Assembly: GCA_051294905.1 (NCBI GenBank)
Contig: CM119372.1
Span: 2,418,001 to 2,482,000 of the forward strand
Direction: 5' to 3'
DNA length: 64,000 bases
Source: Botryllus schlosseri
Taxonomy: Eukaryota
Shown here: one piece after another, positions 36,772-49,200 of the stretch
Numbering within the stretch: the first letter of the stretch is position 1
Layout: each line of letters starts with the position of its first letter
Position numbers and translations under genes: made by a program
Notes under the pieces: generated by a model
Database searches by the model: none
Told to the model about the DNA's origin: nothing
The model's input: the letters and a program-made list of their open reading frames with translations, nothing else

Positions 36772-37520
36772 CAGGGGTGGGCAAACTACGGCCCGCGACA
36801 CCGTTGTGCGGCCTGCGAGAGCCGTAAGAAACTTATTAAAAATATTGATTAAATGCGTACCAAATATCGAATTAATGCAGGGACTTGAATAAAGTTTTTC
36901 TTAGTATATTTCACCAAGATAATTCTAAGGCAGTGGTTCTCAAACAGGGGGCGCACACCTTGGGGGCGTGACGGCATCTGAAGGGGGGCGCGAAGCTAAG
37001 CTCAAGTGAAAAATTTTTTTGCGCTTCGCTCGATTTACACTCAGTTCCTACTTTTTGCTCTGTATTTAGTCTGAATTTCATATCTAGAAGTCTCTCATTC
37101 ACAATCGTAACCCTCCATGCCATCAAACTATCTGTTTGCTAGCATCCTGGTTACGTTTTGTGATGTGACGATAAGGGGGCGCGAAATCTTTCACCATCAT
37201 AAAGGAGCCGTGTCTTAAAAAGTTTGAGAACCACTGCTCTAAGGTAAATGCTTCCTATATTGTTTTTATGTTTAATTTCTGGCACGACCATCTCAAGACC
37301 CACGCAGTTTGAAAGGTTTCAACTGCTAAACATCACAGAAATCGTAAACGAGATGGACATAATTCGGATCACGAGTGTGATTTCAGATTGGCAACTCCAT
37401 TTTAGTGATGTGCTAAGAAAAAACGATTGGCGCGTGTCTTATGTAGATTCGCTCTCTGTATGGTATTCATATTTTATCTGCAAATAGTAGAAACGTGTTT
37501 GAAGCTAACATGGTTATGAT
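36772..37520 (+). mobile_element. Composite hAT MITE (CAGGGGTGGGCAAAC outer element, right end lost) containing an inner MITE at 36931-37236
   Basis: Inner TIR CAGTGGTTCTCAAAC with TSD TTCTAAGG / CTCTAAGG. The same outer-plus-inner arrangement occurs at 52829-54013. Confidence 0.8.
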
Positions 37521-40500
37521 TAGAGCCCGACTGATATTGGATTTCTGAGCCGATACCGATATGACCGATATCCAGTACCTCCACCGATAACCCCGATATA
37601 TTCAGCCGATATTTAAAAGATGTGGAATCTAGCTCAAGGCCCATATTTAACACCTCAGAGCATTTATTTCAACAACTTTACAGCCATTGATATGCTAGAA
37701 CATGAAATAAATGAGTTAGGGGCTATAAAAATATATCAAAAAAGCACCAATCCAGCCGTGGCAGATTACAGTTCACGAAGCACAATTTCTTGGCCCTTTC
37801 TCCAAGGAGTGAACTTCTGTGGTAGCCTATGTTATAGATACGTACGTAGCCTGCGTTGTCGTTGTTTGTGACTTTTACTGTGTTTTCGATTGTAATAGTC
37901 ATTTACACCGGGTCGATATTCCATGGTATGATTCCATATTCCATATCTGCCGACTTGTAGCACGGGCTCACTTCTACGCCGGGAACCAAGCACCGCTTAA
38001 ACGCGGATCAGATGGCGAGAAGGGGCCTAGACAGCCTGAGTGTGTAAGAAACAGGTCGCCAACCCAATTAGCCAACCTTTTAGGTCTTATATATTTGCAA
38101 ATCTTATTCCAAGGGTTTCTACATGGATGTAGAATTGTAACGGCTAACAAAGTGCAGAGGAAATGCTCTCGTCGACTTGCTTTCTCTTGCTGATGTTGTT
38201 ATTTACATCCTTCAGTTTCTCTATGAGGCACCGTACGCGTGTGTGTGTGTGCGGGGGGGGGGGAGTCAGTGCCATGAATCTCACTGTGCGTCACCGCATG
38301 ACACCGATGTGCACAAAACATACTAATCGACTGCTCTGAAATTCGTTTGCATAAGTCGCAGGTTTTCTAACACAAAGAAAGATATCCCTAACAGATTTGA
38401 CAACGTAGTTCAATCACTGTCCCATGTATTGCATAAACACAACCAGCAGTTCAATTTATTGATCATAACTTGTGGTAGCATCCTTCGCATGCGCACAACT
38501 TGGGATCACAAGTACAGGTACTGCAGCATGACCTCGCAGACGTCTTGACTGCCGTCAGTGATTTAGTTGTTGGCGAACTTGTGTTTTTCTTGGCGCACCC
38601 ACATTGTCTCGATTCTGTCGGAATACAGAGAGCAGATTATCATTTCACCTTCGTGTAGTTCTCAGCATTTCCAAATCAGAGTAGCATTACAATTTCTGAA
38701 TTCGCAAAAACTTGAAAATTCAATTAAGTTCTTAATTAGGATGGAATGCAACAAAAATCAAGTTCATCTCATATCATATCTGTGTTCATTCTCATAAGCA
38801 CGAGAATGACAAATGTATTGTATACACATCACGCTTAGATCATTTCGCACCATACAGTTCTTCTGTAACATTTCCAGGAAAACCATACCTTAGATCCGAA
38901 TTAGAATTAGAGCACAGGCCTGTACAGATCTCACATGTTATATTAGAACTAGATTACCGGCATTTCGCTTCAATCAATACAATTAGACAACTAAAATGAT
39001 CTGCCCAAGTCTGGATAAATGCATGTGGCAGCTTAACGTACTTCACTGATACACCAAATCGGTAGTATCAAGTATATCATCCTACCCTCACAATATATCA
39101 GTATGTTTCATGCCTAATAGCACGGTATAATTTCTCACCTGAACACTTGCATACTTGCAGTCGCCTTGCCGCTTGTGGCTGACCTACGCTTGAGTCTTTA
39201 GCATCCATATTTTGAGACCGCGCGACCTTGTCGTGGAGGAGATGTATGATGCACTCATGAAGGTATCACATGCTAAGCTGCGATAACAGAGCAATGCATA
39301 TTTACTATACGTAAACATTGGGTGAACGACTCAGCAAATCATGGCGACCTGAGGTATATGTCACCATTCTTCATTGAGACTCCGTATTTGTGTGCTGAGA
39401 GCTGATACATTTCGCTCTTCGGTCACGCTCGGTTGCCTATTGTTGAGATTATAAAAGTTGAATTATTGTATTGATCAGGTCATACTCTTTTTTGTATTAG
39501 TAAAGAAATAATAGGCTATCGGTATCGTTGTATAGGAGTTTCCTTTGCAATACATAGCACCGACCATTTCACGGTATACTGTTATCTGGTGATGCAACGC
39601 TGTCTCAATATCATACGGTAGACCAGTGGCCGGGAACCGATGGCTCGCGAGCCATATATTTCTCTTTTGGGTAAGATATGGCACTTTGCCAAATATTTAT
39701 TTTTGTGCTGAATTGATCAATATTGCAGCGACTTGTTGGTAAATTTTCCTCCGGTATTGCAAGTCTGCAAATTTTGAAAAAGTGTTCTCTTTTCAGATTT
39801 CCAAAATATGGTAACTCTAGGTAAAGACAATGCCGTCTTCAGGTTCAAAATCATCAAATTTAAGTTACTGTCACGCAGGCGGCCAATATCACTCGCGATT
39901 TCTATTCACCCGACTCGAAATCTTGAATTGTGCGATACGTTGATTAATCTAAGAGCATAGCAGACACTGCGACGCCCATTTCAAAACGCAGTTTTCAAAT
40001 ACACATTGTATTCCTGATCTACGGCGCGAAATGAACTGTTGTGGTTGTAACATTCACAATTACTAACTCGAATTACACACAACGCCCATAGCTATCCACG
40101 TTCTTGATTGGTAAGAATAGCTCTGTGTAGTACCGGCGATAAAATGTATGCGTGCAGCGTAAAGTTATGCTACTGCCGAATACTCTGAGAATTGAGAAGT
40201 CGATAAGTATTCAGATTTTCCGAATTAGTGTGACAGTCACATTCGATTAATATCAGTTATGATAAATTCTAAGCTACTTACGATGAATTGCGTTATATAT
40301 GGTGAGGCTTCGCCCGTCTGTGCCTTACCTCTCGTCTCGAGCTTTATTTTTGAACAATAAATACCAGTTTTTAAAGAGCAAATATGGCGCACACGAGGAA
40401 TCCCATGTAGTGAGTTCGAATTACTGCTACCATGACGTCACGAATTTTCAATTCAAATTTCAATTCACAATTTTCAATAGTGACGTAGCAGTGGATTGGC

Positions 40501-40825
40501 ATGTATGGCTTTTTCGGAGTTGAGATGGAAAAATAGGCATTATGGCTCTTCGGACAAAAAAGGTTCCCGACCACTCCGGTAGACAGTCTACCCGCTGCTT
40601 GATAGCGATGCAATTCAAATATCCACGACATCAGCATGAAAATAAAGACTCTCTCTCTCTTTCTCTCTCTCGCATCATAATCATATTGATGAACCAGCAA
40701 CGTTTTGGCCAACTACATTACATACTATATTTTAGCCATGCGAATCAAGTTACCCAACTTATATCCAGAATTGGTTCGTATGATACGTGAATTCAAGTGC
40801 TAATCTGGTAGTACTAGGCAGCCCT

Positions 40826-41045
40826 TAGGTTTACCGGACCACGGTATGTCAAATCGATCTCGCTTTTTGTCACATACCCCCGCATTTTGTCGCTTTTACT
40901 TTTCATTCAGTGTGCATGCCTCCTCTTTACATTTCCACAGGCCCATGTGGTGTCTGATTTCAACGACCACTCATCATGGTCGTTTCGACACCTCGCTATC
41001 TTTTCATTGCATGGCAGTTTTATGTTGTTTCAAAATGATGAAATT
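40826..41045 (+). mobile_element. Arm of the long-TIR foldback family
   Basis: TAGGTTTACCGGACCACGG...GTGTGCATGCCTC...GGTGTCTGATTTCAA...CTATCTTTTCATTG, colinear with 24731-24955. Confidence 0.7.
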
Positions 41046-43495
41046 CCTGGTAAACTCATACGCATACTCATAATTACTGAATTTTGTTAAAAAGTAGCGT
41101 GAAAAGTGAACATTATTAGAATATCATGTCCAAGATAAAATCCGAATCTTGTTTCAAAGTATTCGTAAAACAGTTTTCGAAACGGAAACACTTTTTAGCG
41201 GAGATTGGTCACATTTTTACATAATTTTCTTGGCTCCTATTCTTTTCTGGTGTGAAACCCCGTTCGGTTCGCGAAGGAGAGCTTCAAAATCAGTGACGTT
41301 TGCATACAATACACAGCAAAGGCCTTGTATCCTTAAGCATCATACATATTGTTGGTATATCGAGCACAGATTTTTTTCAAGGTATGAAGATCTCACTGGC
41401 ACCAACAAAAAGTTTCACCAAATCTGTTGCATATATGATTCAAATTCAAATTCAAATGTAAAGAACACAAAGGTACAATTGGAGTAATTATTTAATTCAC
41501 TTGTTGAAGAGTGGGTCATATGTGTGTTCTTGTTCGCAGACGGTTCACAGTCAAGTATATATATGCTACTTGTCTCACGGAGAATTGTCCCGACGCTCGG
41601 CAAGATGGCATGGACGTGTGAAGTGTTATGAAAGCATAATGAACACAATTTCTAGCACCTTTCAAGTGTATTGACTGTATTATAAATGGTTCTTGAAATA
41701 TTACTATTGATTGTTGATTTGTTTCGAAGTCTTTGTTACATCAAGGCTTGTCAATGAGTTTCTCCGAAATGACGCGACTGATGCTTAAACAAGATTCAGC
41801 ACTGAGATTATAGATGAGGCAGTGAACGGAAAGTTATGGCCATTACACATTACTGATGAATGTCAAATGCCAGTGAAACAAGCGCCAAGGCTTTGACTAT
41901 TCAATGTATACTCGTACAAACAATCAGCCGCTAGTTGGTGTACAGCTGAGTGTGAATGTGAATGGGATTAGGAAATGTAATCTACCTTAGCCTATACCAA
42001 CCATCATCTGCATTGACCGGGTGTAAATACTGTGTTAATAATTATAGAGAATGTAGTTAGTATATATAGGCTACATAGAATCAGATTGCTGTTACTTAGC
42101 TACCTCATCATGGATTCTAATGGGGATCGTTTCTGACGAATTCGCCTATTTTGTATTATATTATACTAGCATGCTGAATTGCTGATAGATGAGGTTATAA
42201 TAATGAAGATGCCAGTCGAGCAGGGATGTCGGAAATTATCATCATCAGTGTCTGGGGCACAAACTCAGTAGGCTACTTTGGAAGACACTTACCGCTACCA
42301 CTACTCATAAAGATTATTCGCGTTGTTGTAGGCTATTAAGGACAGGCTTGTATTGACGATCAGTCTAATAATTACACAGGCTGTAATCCAAAACGAGGTG
42401 TATTGTTACGCAGGCTTTCTCTGGCTGTGATGTCAATAAATTTATAGGTGAATATGATATTTTGGATAGACTATGATAGCGAAACTCTTCGGCCGCAGAA
42501 GTCCACTCTACATGCTTACTGGAAGCACGTAAACAGTTGATATATCTCATATTATTTAACTAACGGCTACAATATCAGGAATCCAAAACACGTGACCAAT
42601 GGCTATATGTCCGCTGCAAAATGTGTCATATGGGAGGATGACGTATGGGATAGCTACAGTTACTTGGTTCCGATAGTGTCTGAGATAAGGAAACATGCAT
42701 TTCTATTGTATGTTGAGTTGATATATGTTGGATTCACAACTCGAGTTGGAATCATGGGTAGGTGCTGTTCGGTATGCAAACCTCGATATTTCAGAGTATC
42801 GTGTTAGCAAACGAACCTTCGAAGGTTCTTTACTGCGAACAGTTATGTAAAATAGCAGATATTTCAGTTATCTAAACACCCTCGATCAAAATTGAACTAA
42901 TCCAAACTTAGCTTGGTCAATAATTCTATTGGCTCCCGAGCATTTTGCTTGAAATCACAAGTAAGTAATGTAATGTCGCCCCCGTCACCGGAAACGGCAA
43001 GAAAATAACTTATGTTCCTGAGCAGTGGCTGATTTAGTCGTTTATTCTTGATGAGAAAACAAATATTTGGGTTTCGTGTTGCCAAATTGTTCCGGGCCTA
43101 GACAGACAATGGCATCGAATAATGAGCCCATATGATGGCCAAATGCTATTAGTCAGATTATAACGAACAAGATCATAACAAGACATTTCGCTCCGGTCAT
43201 TACACTTTGTGACAATGCTGTGGGCTAATCACGACTCCACAAATATGACGTTTCCACTAAAGTACGTAGATTTGTACGAAATGTTTCGTATGCAGGGATA
43301 CGACTGATCCAGGTTTCATGGCTTTCACAGCGTGAATACTATTGAAACTATGATTTTGGTGGCTAAATCAACTGTTAACGGCAAGGGGGCATAATTTTAG
43401 TACGCGAAAGAATAATCTCTCACTATATTTAAACTATATTCGAATCAATAGAATTAATATTCGATTCAGATTTGAGTTCTCGAATCATTGTGCAG

Positions 43496-44111
43496 TAGGG
43501 CTGTTCAAAAATAACTTTTTTTTCCCGATTCAAGTCGGTCACCTCTTAAATCGTCAGGTTGCAGTAGAAAACCTTACTCACCAAATTTCACTCGATTCCA
43601 ACCAGTAAAGGCCTCCGCAGATCCAATTAAAATTTTTAATTTATTATGGAAAATTAAAAAAAAAAATTCCAAATTTTTCTGCCAACCCCATGAAATTGTT
43701 GAGCTGTCTTCAAAGACGTTGCAAAACAAATTTGAGTCAATTCCGACCAGTAGAAGCGGAGTTATGTGAGTTTTTCGTTGATAAATCGCGGATTATCCAC
43801 CAATCCAGGATAATCCGAGAAATATCATCGAAAAACTCACATAACTCCGCTTCTACTGGTCGGAATTGACTCAAATTTGTTTTGCAACGTCTTTGAAGAC
43901 AGCTCAACAATTTCATGGGGTTGGCAAAAAAATTTGAAAATTTTTTTTTTAAATTTTTCATAATAAATTAAAAATTTTAATTGGATCTGCGGAGGCCTTT
44001 ACTGGTTGGAATCGCGTGAAATTTGGTGAGCAAGGTTTTTTACTGCAACCTGACGATTTAAGAGGTGACCGGCTTGAATCGGGAAAAAAAAGTTATTTTT
44101 GAACAGCCCTA
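43496..44111. mobile_element. 616-bp foldback element (near-perfect palindrome)
   Basis: The left half is the reverse complement of the right half from TAGGGCTGTTCAAAAATAAC inward to GGATTATCC/GGATAATCC, around a spacer of about 9 nt near 43803. TSD TTGTGCAG / TTGTGCAC. Confidence 0.95.
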
Positions 44112-44578
44112 TTGTGCACAGGCTTAGTTCACGGCGAACCATTTACTAAATATAGGAACCTAAGCAAACTAAGGAATTGTTCGGTAACTCTAAAGGACGA
44201 GCAATATTATGTTGACATTCATGATCATTGATCACGTTCGTGTTGGAAAATATCATAACGCAAATTTGCAATACATATAATAGATTAGGATTCGATTTGA
44301 CGGTAAGAACACAGGGCGAATTCGATAGGTATGGATGAATTCGATGCAAGATATTTAAATCAGGCGAGTGGAAATGGAGTCACGTGTAGTTGCCAGAAAA
44401 TGTGGCTCGTCAATGGCATTTGAAAGACCAAAGTCGTGATTTTCAATTTTGTATGACCATGACCAGCCTGAACGCCGAATTGTCGTAAGCATTGCCAATA
44501 TCGTTCGATGTAGCCCACGTAACTGTCACATGTATGCTATTCAGAATGTATTTATCCATTTCTATTTGCGCTGTCGCC

Positions 44579-44961
44579 TAGGGTTACTATACGTCCCACA
44601 TTTAGGAGGATTTATGCTAATTTTTCGAGAAATTGAAAATGTCCTATTCGGCAATTCATTTTCCTTTATAGCTTTGAAAGCCAGACAGTACACGGGCGAT
44701 TGTACTGTACACGGCCAACAACAAGAATGCCATAAATCTGAATTTCGACAGCAGTGCCGGCAAGGTTGACTAAGAACAATATCAACGTCATCCGATTTTA
44801 CGTGGAAGTTGGTCTCACGGGAGTCGAGATGGAAAAGTGACCTTTTTTAGCCCAATAATATTTCCCGTAAATGACCCGTTTTCTCGTCAGCTGTTATGTC
44901 TTTTGTAACAACTTTAGTAAAAGGTGTCCCCTTTTTCGGATGACAAAATATGGTAACCCTA
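44579..44961. mobile_element. MITE of the TAGGGTTACCATA group
   Basis: Ends TAGGGTTACTATA ... TATGGTAACCCTA. Related fragments near 13630-13850, 46290-46533 and 47640-47862. No clear TSD. Confidence 0.7.
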
Positions 44962-46092
44962 GTACCCTACTATCGCCGGAATGAAAAGTCCGTAATTTCA
45001 AGCCGGGGAATTCTATCCCGAACATTTTAATCCACGTTGAATGAGTATTGAATCGAGGATAAATGAATTTGTGTATATAATGTCAAACTGTAGCGATTCG
45101 TATTCAGTTCATTATGGATTGGATTAATATGACAAACGCACTTACATATGCCAGCATGTAAGGACTTGCCATGACATGAAAGATGGACGCATGGCCAAAT
45201 CGCTTTCATGGAAGAAGTTGAGGCAATTCCGCTTTCAAACAAATCAGACTTTCGTGCGGCAGACGAAACGGTATGGTTTGTATACTTGCATTCATTGCCA
45301 TTAATCTTCAGCATACATAGAGAAAATATTGAATTATTATTTGACATGTTAAAAAAGTCAAAATTTTGTCAAAATAGTACCGTTAGGTTAAGAAATTTTC
45401 AAATTCATTTATTTCAAATTTTACTGGCTAAACCGATAGAAAGCAAATTCGGCCAAATAGTAGAAACTGGTAGCGAGGATATTGGAGTGAATATCTTGGA
45501 TTTGAAAAAAATAGTATTTACTGTGGATAATCCAAGAATTAATGATGAAAAACTCGAATAACATCCCTTTTACAGGCTAGAATTGATTAAACTTTTTTGG
45601 AATAGTCTTTGTAGACAACTTGATAATTTATGTGAATGTGAAATTGAAATATTTCTTAACATTTTTTTACAACAAATTCAAAATTTTCCAAGTGCAATAG
45701 CTTCACTTCCACTCATCGGAACTAATCCAAATTTGGCATGCAACGTTTTTGTTAGTCGACCTCTAAATTGTAGCAAATAGCTGCAAAAATTTGAAACAAA
45801 AGTTATTTTTGAACTGCTCTAATGTGCAACAACGCCTAATTTAAATATTTGAGGGCAAACTTTTTAATTAATTTTTTTAATGTCAGAAATGTCGAAATGT
45901 CGAAATCTTCTGTCTTTTCCGGTCAAAACTGCACTATTATAAATAAGACATTGGTTGATCTCAGTAGTATATAGAGAATCCAGACTTGCAGAACATGATT
46001 TCTAGATCGGCGAGGAGACAACTTGCATTGAATCACAAGAGCGGAGCAACATCCGGGAATTGCCCGAATATTGCATACGTAGCAGAGATGGG

Positions 46093-46234
46093 ATGAACAA
46101 GAAAGCACGGCGTGTTATTATAGTAATAATTGTAGTCTTCACTGTGATCTCAGCGACTTTTATCAGCGGACTGATAATTCGTATTTATATGGAAAATACC
46201 AACGCCGGATCCTCACCCGAGTCTCCAAATCCAG
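46093..46234 (+). CDS. Gene B exon 1: basic cytoplasmic tail and transmembrane signal-anchor
   Basis: MNKKARR followed by VIIVIIVVFTVISATFISGLII. Donor CAG|GTATGC. Confidence 0.75.
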
Positions 46235-49200
46235 GTATGCATATCATGTCATTTTTTCCGACTCGACTCCAAGAAAACCGTTTATTTTTTTAGTCAACCT
46301 ACCAGCGATTGGTGTTCATTGTGTAAATTTCCAGCTAAATATCCTCAAATTCCATCGAAATGCAGTTTTCACGTTTAATATGACGTTTTCTTTATATTCA
46401 GTCGCCAAACTCTAAAAGCTATAAAAGAGAAGGATTTAAAAAAACAGGACATTTGGGCGTCCTCGTATAGGTCATTTTACATTTATTGAAAAAGAGGACA
46501 AAACTTCTTGAATAACTACATATGGTATCCCTACATGATGTGTTCAATATTTATTGGAGTACTGACGGCTAGGTTTTTATGTGCGGCTATGTACATTGTA
46601 CAATAAGACACAAGATGTTGATACAGTCGACTATGCTCAATTCGGACAGTTTTGTTCCATTCGCTTTTGGCAGAATTAGGCGAAGAAACCGCTTTGTCTG
46701 AGTTAAGCGTAAATAAAGTGTTCGCTTCAATGTCGCCCGTAAAGACACACATTCCTCACGACGCATTCAAAATACGGTACTGTTGCGTAATAACAGAATA
46801 CTGTGTTGTACTGCAGTGAGTATGACATATCGTATCAAACGCACATTAGTTAAATCTTCCGGTAAGTTGCATTGTACAGTAAACCATTCAACAAATAATG
46901 TATACTGTATTAATGTCTAACACTAGGCTTACCATATTTTGGAAATGCAAAAAGAGGACACTTTTTCAGAAATATCAGACATGCAAAACTGGAGAAGAAT
47001 TCTCAAAAACCGGTAAATTTTTCCCACTTCGTGATCGGTTGACTAAAAAAAAAAAAAAGGTCATCACTTTCGCTCACAGCTCAAAATAACGTTTTTCTCT
47101 CCACATTGCCAGGTGGATGACTAAAAAAAAAGGTCTTCTTTTCGCTCAGAGCTCAAATCACCGCTTTTCCCTCCGAAATACCCGCCGGAGCGTCACTTCT
47201 CGGCTAATTTGCGGCATATCGCTCGCAATTTGATCTAAATCTGACCTAAATTTTCAAAAAAGAGGACAAAATCTCAAAAAAGAGGACAAAAGGGCGTCCT
47301 CCGAGGACACTTTCAAAAAAGTCAAAAAAGAGGACAAATCCTCTTGAAAGAGGACGTATGGTAAGCCTATCTAACACACACATATGGGGTTCATATCATA
47401 CTTTTCGATTTCCCCACCAACGCAACTAACTGGCGAACTGTCAATGAAGCACCTTTACTTTTTTTGTCTTCGTTTACTTTAGTGAGCAATCTCACTTTCT
47501 CAGCTAAACTTTTTTGTACCAATCTGTTCTACAAGATATACGCAATTTTACTCAAGCGCGACAATAAATCTGCGGTACGGTCTTGCATGAATTAATTGTC
47601 GAGGTCAAGGTCAACTTTACCACTCAACTCCAAAATTACAGTTTTTCATTAACACTTTATGTTGGTTGACTAAAAAAATGTCGTCACTTTCGTTCGAACT
47701 ACGAATTTCGTATTTAGCACCATTTATGCCCATTTTCACTCGAATCTGTCCACTGTCTTAGCTTTAAAAGCTGTAAAGGAGGACGAATTGCCAAATGAGG
47801 ACATTTAGGCGTCCTCGGAGGAAATTTTCAAAAACCTGAAGAAGGAGTACGTATGATAACCATACCGGTGGCTATCTTGTGTTAAAACGAATAGAGTGCT
47901 GTTTGTTGTGTCATAACCAATGTTCCCTTTAAGCTGCACACGTGCGCAAATGCGTGGTGCTGACACGGTCTCTGCGCACAGAAAATCGAAGTTGCGCACA
48001 AAAAATCCGGAGTATTGACTTTTTCTTTAGTCGTTACGCACTGTTGTCCGAGGGTCTACGCAATGAGTTGGTGAGTGTGCGCAGACTTGTCAAAAATTAG
48101 AGGTAACATTGGTCATAACCTAACGAAAGGAATTACGAGCCTATGTTCGAAGTAATCAGCGAATTGTCCGAATTAATCGAGTCTTATTCATGTGCCATTT
48201 TTACTTTGGTTCCGATCCTGAGCATGTTGGCCGAATTAGTGGATGCCCAGGTTATCCAGCGTCCTAATAAAGCGGAGTACTTTTATATATTAGGGCGTTA
48301 CTATATCTACAGCGATGATTTGGATAATCTTCGGCAATATCATCGGCAAGCATTGCTTGCATCGACCGGTGTATCGACAGTGTACAATGTCTGCGCACTT
48401 AATATCATGGAAATAAGATATGCAAATATCAACGATAATGCAATGTATTCGAGAAACTTGAGGCTGCTCGGGAGTTGTATCGCGTAATTAAAAACTGGTA
48501 CCAGCATTGGCCGTAGGGTAGGCCGTAGGGTGATTAATAATAGCCCCATCTCTGTGAGAATTGCAAGTCGATTCTCTCGAAACGATATCACAAACAATTA
48601 CCGATAATTATTGGTGTTTGATACACATACCACATAATCGAAGAATTCCTTCGGAAATTAGAAGCACAGTCCATTTATCAGAATCAGCATTGCACAACGT
48701 TGGGTGTAGATGTGCAGTGTCAGCAGTCCTTGCAGTTCATCGTGATAGGAACTTGGAAAAATCGTTGGTGTATTTTTAGAGCAGCTTCATATTTTGAAAT
48801 TTATCGCATATCGAATTAGGTGATGTTAAAGTGTTGGCTCTTGCTGTACCTGCTTCTGCTGGTAATGCGAGTGAAAGTCAGTTGTTACTTGATTAGCAAT
48901 GAAGCAAAACAAATGCATAAATATCCTATCATATCGAAAGGTATATTTGTTTAACCAATATTTATAACCGTAGTTGCCAATTGAATGGCGTTGCATAATT
49001 TTTGTCTTAGGTATCCGCGACGAGGCAAGAAAGAACCGACCGATTTCAGATGATCAGAAACGAAATCCATCTTCGAGCAATCATAGTAAAATACCTTCCA
49101 TTTTGGAGGATCCAACGAATCACCAGGTATAGACTTGTTTAAGGTGCATGGTGGATTATGCGGACACAACCACACATACGTGAATGTAAAGCGGTTGTGC

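Noticed and set aside
41700-42810. Possible retroelement remnant
   Set aside because: I could not find reverse transcriptase, integrase or endonuclease motifs in any frame I read.
43737-43961. 74-aa ORF in the palindrome
   Set aside because: It lies wholly within the foldback element and is mirrored on the other strand.
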